DNA of 32,000 nucleotides, from NCBI GenBank assembly GCA_000503915.1, contig CP006915.1, positions 270,001-302,000 of the forward strand, read 5' to 3'. Position 1 is the stretch's first letter; every line of letters starts with the position of its first letter. Origin of the DNA: Candidatus Saccharimonadota bacterium. Its GTDB lineage: Bacteria; Patescibacteriota; Saccharimonadia; Saccharimonadales; Saccharimonadaceae. A model generated the notes under the pieces. The model ran no database searches. It was not told the origin of the DNA and worked only from the letters and a program-made list of their open reading frames with translations. The position numbers and the translations under genes were made by a program. Of the stretch, positions 31,414 to 32,000 are shown piece by piece.

Positions 31414-32000
31414 ATGTTTGACCAAGTCCTGCAAATTATCGCTCCTCACCACTGTTACGGATGCGGCAAAATCGGACAACTGCTGTGTGTGAATTGTAAA
31501 TACGACATCGCGAATGAGCAGATTTTGGTCTGCATCGTATGCCAGCGACCTAGCATACATGGCATTTGTCAAATGTGCCGCGTTCCGTATCAAAAGGCCT
31601 GGTGTGTTGGGGAGCGACGTGATGTGCTGGAGCGGTTGATTGACGCCTACAAGTTTGAACACGTAAGAGCAGCTCATATGACACTTGCCGAACTACTCAA
31701 TGCTACTCTGCCAGTTATGCCACCAGGTACCGTTGTTGTGCCTTTACCGACTATCCGCCCGCATATCCGTCAGCGAGGCTATGATCATATGCTGCTCATC
31801 GCTCGGGCTTTTGTACGAATGCGGCATCTACGTATCGATACCAGCCTGCGCCGCACAGGCATCAGTAAGCAGCTCGGTTCATCACGCCGTGAGCGCACTC
31901 AACAGGCTAAATCCGCCTATAGCGTCGCGAAGAAGCTGGACGGCTCACGTCCCTATTTACTTCTCGATGATGTCTTTACGACCGGCGCATCACTTCACTA
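31414..32000 (+). CDS. comF: ComF-family protein / amidophosphoribosyltransferase-like (ComFC-like), 3' end outside the window
   Basis: Absent from the ORF track (no stop in the window). My translation from the ATG at 31414 is MFDQVLQIIAPHHCYGCGKIGQLLCVNCKYDI...VCIVCQRPS..GICQMC. That gives four CxxC pairs (zinc finger). Then VVVPLPT...RQRGYDHMLLIA and the PRTase motif YLLLDDVFTTGASL follow. This is the typical ComFC architecture. Confidence 0.8.
   Translation, partial: MFDQVLQIIAPHHCYGCGKIGQLLCVNCKYDIANEQILVCIVCQRPSIHGICQMCRVPYQKAWCVGERRDVLERLIDAYKFEHVRAAHMTLAELLNATLPVMPPGTVVVPLPTIRPHIRQRGYDHMLLIARAFVRMRHLRIDTSLRRTGISKQLGSSRRERTQQAKSAYSVAKKLDGSRPYLLLDDVFTTGASLH

Noticed and set aside
31324-31677. 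117-aa minus-strand ORF next to hsp20
   Set aside because: It is antisense to a plus-strand frame from 31414 that gives a textbook ComF architecture (four CxxC pairs plus the PRTase motif LLLDDVFTTGASL), so it is a shadow ORF.
30832-32000. A functional link between the T4SS locus and the adjacent comF-family gene (a ComB-like DNA-uptake system)
   Set aside because: The idea is attractive, but the only support is proximity. A strong bidirectional terminator and an unrelated hsp20 gene separate them, and comF has its own promoter region. I therefore do not claim a link.
1-32000. CRISPR arrays, tRNA/rRNA genes, IS elements and toxin-antitoxin or other compact defence modules
   Set aside because: The intergenic space is tiny. 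The only spacers over 100 nt are 8253-8519, 9876-10142, 24540-24649, 27914/27950-28059 and 31306-31413, and all are accounted for by origin or promoter signals. I saw no repeat-spacer periodicity, no cloverleaf-like sequence and no transposase-like ORF.

Overview
This window looks like the replication-origin neighbourhood of a small, tightly packed, monoderm-type bacterial chromosome. My inference is Patescibacteria/CPR, Saccharibacteria-like, using the standard genetic code (TGA is used as a stop).

- **1-6.3 kb:** a surface-glycan module. It holds a Wzm/Wzt-type ABC exporter, Rmd-like and Gmd enzymes for GDP-6-deoxyhexose (probably GDP-D-rhamnose), a cupin PMI-like protein, a GT4 glycosyltransferase and a co-transcribed PRTase-domain gene.
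- **6.3-11.2 kb:** the classic origin core, jag-yidC-rnpA-rpmH (minus strand) | DnaA-box cluster | dnaA | second DnaA-box cluster | dnaN.
- **11.2-30.8 kb:** a type IV secretion-like locus of about 19.5 kb, starting with no gap after dnaN. This is the most interesting content.
  - Components: a PrgI/VirB3-like protein; a VirB4 ATPase that appears split into two translationally coupled ORFs; two giant paralogous VirB6/TrbL-like polytopic proteins with long charged C-terminal tails; a 1223-aa membrane protein ending in an EEP (nuclease/phosphatase) domain plus an M23 peptidase domain; an SLT-like+CHAP cell-wall hydrolase; two small bitopic proteins; and six tandem VirB2/TrbC-like pilin paralogues.
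  - No relaxase, coupling protein, VirB11, integrase or transposase is visible, so it does not look like a conjugative element.
- **30.8-32 kb:** hsp20 and a partial comF-family gene.

I saw no rRNA, tRNA, CRISPR array or IS element. All functional calls rest on motifs I read in the translations and on remembered family features. No database search was run.
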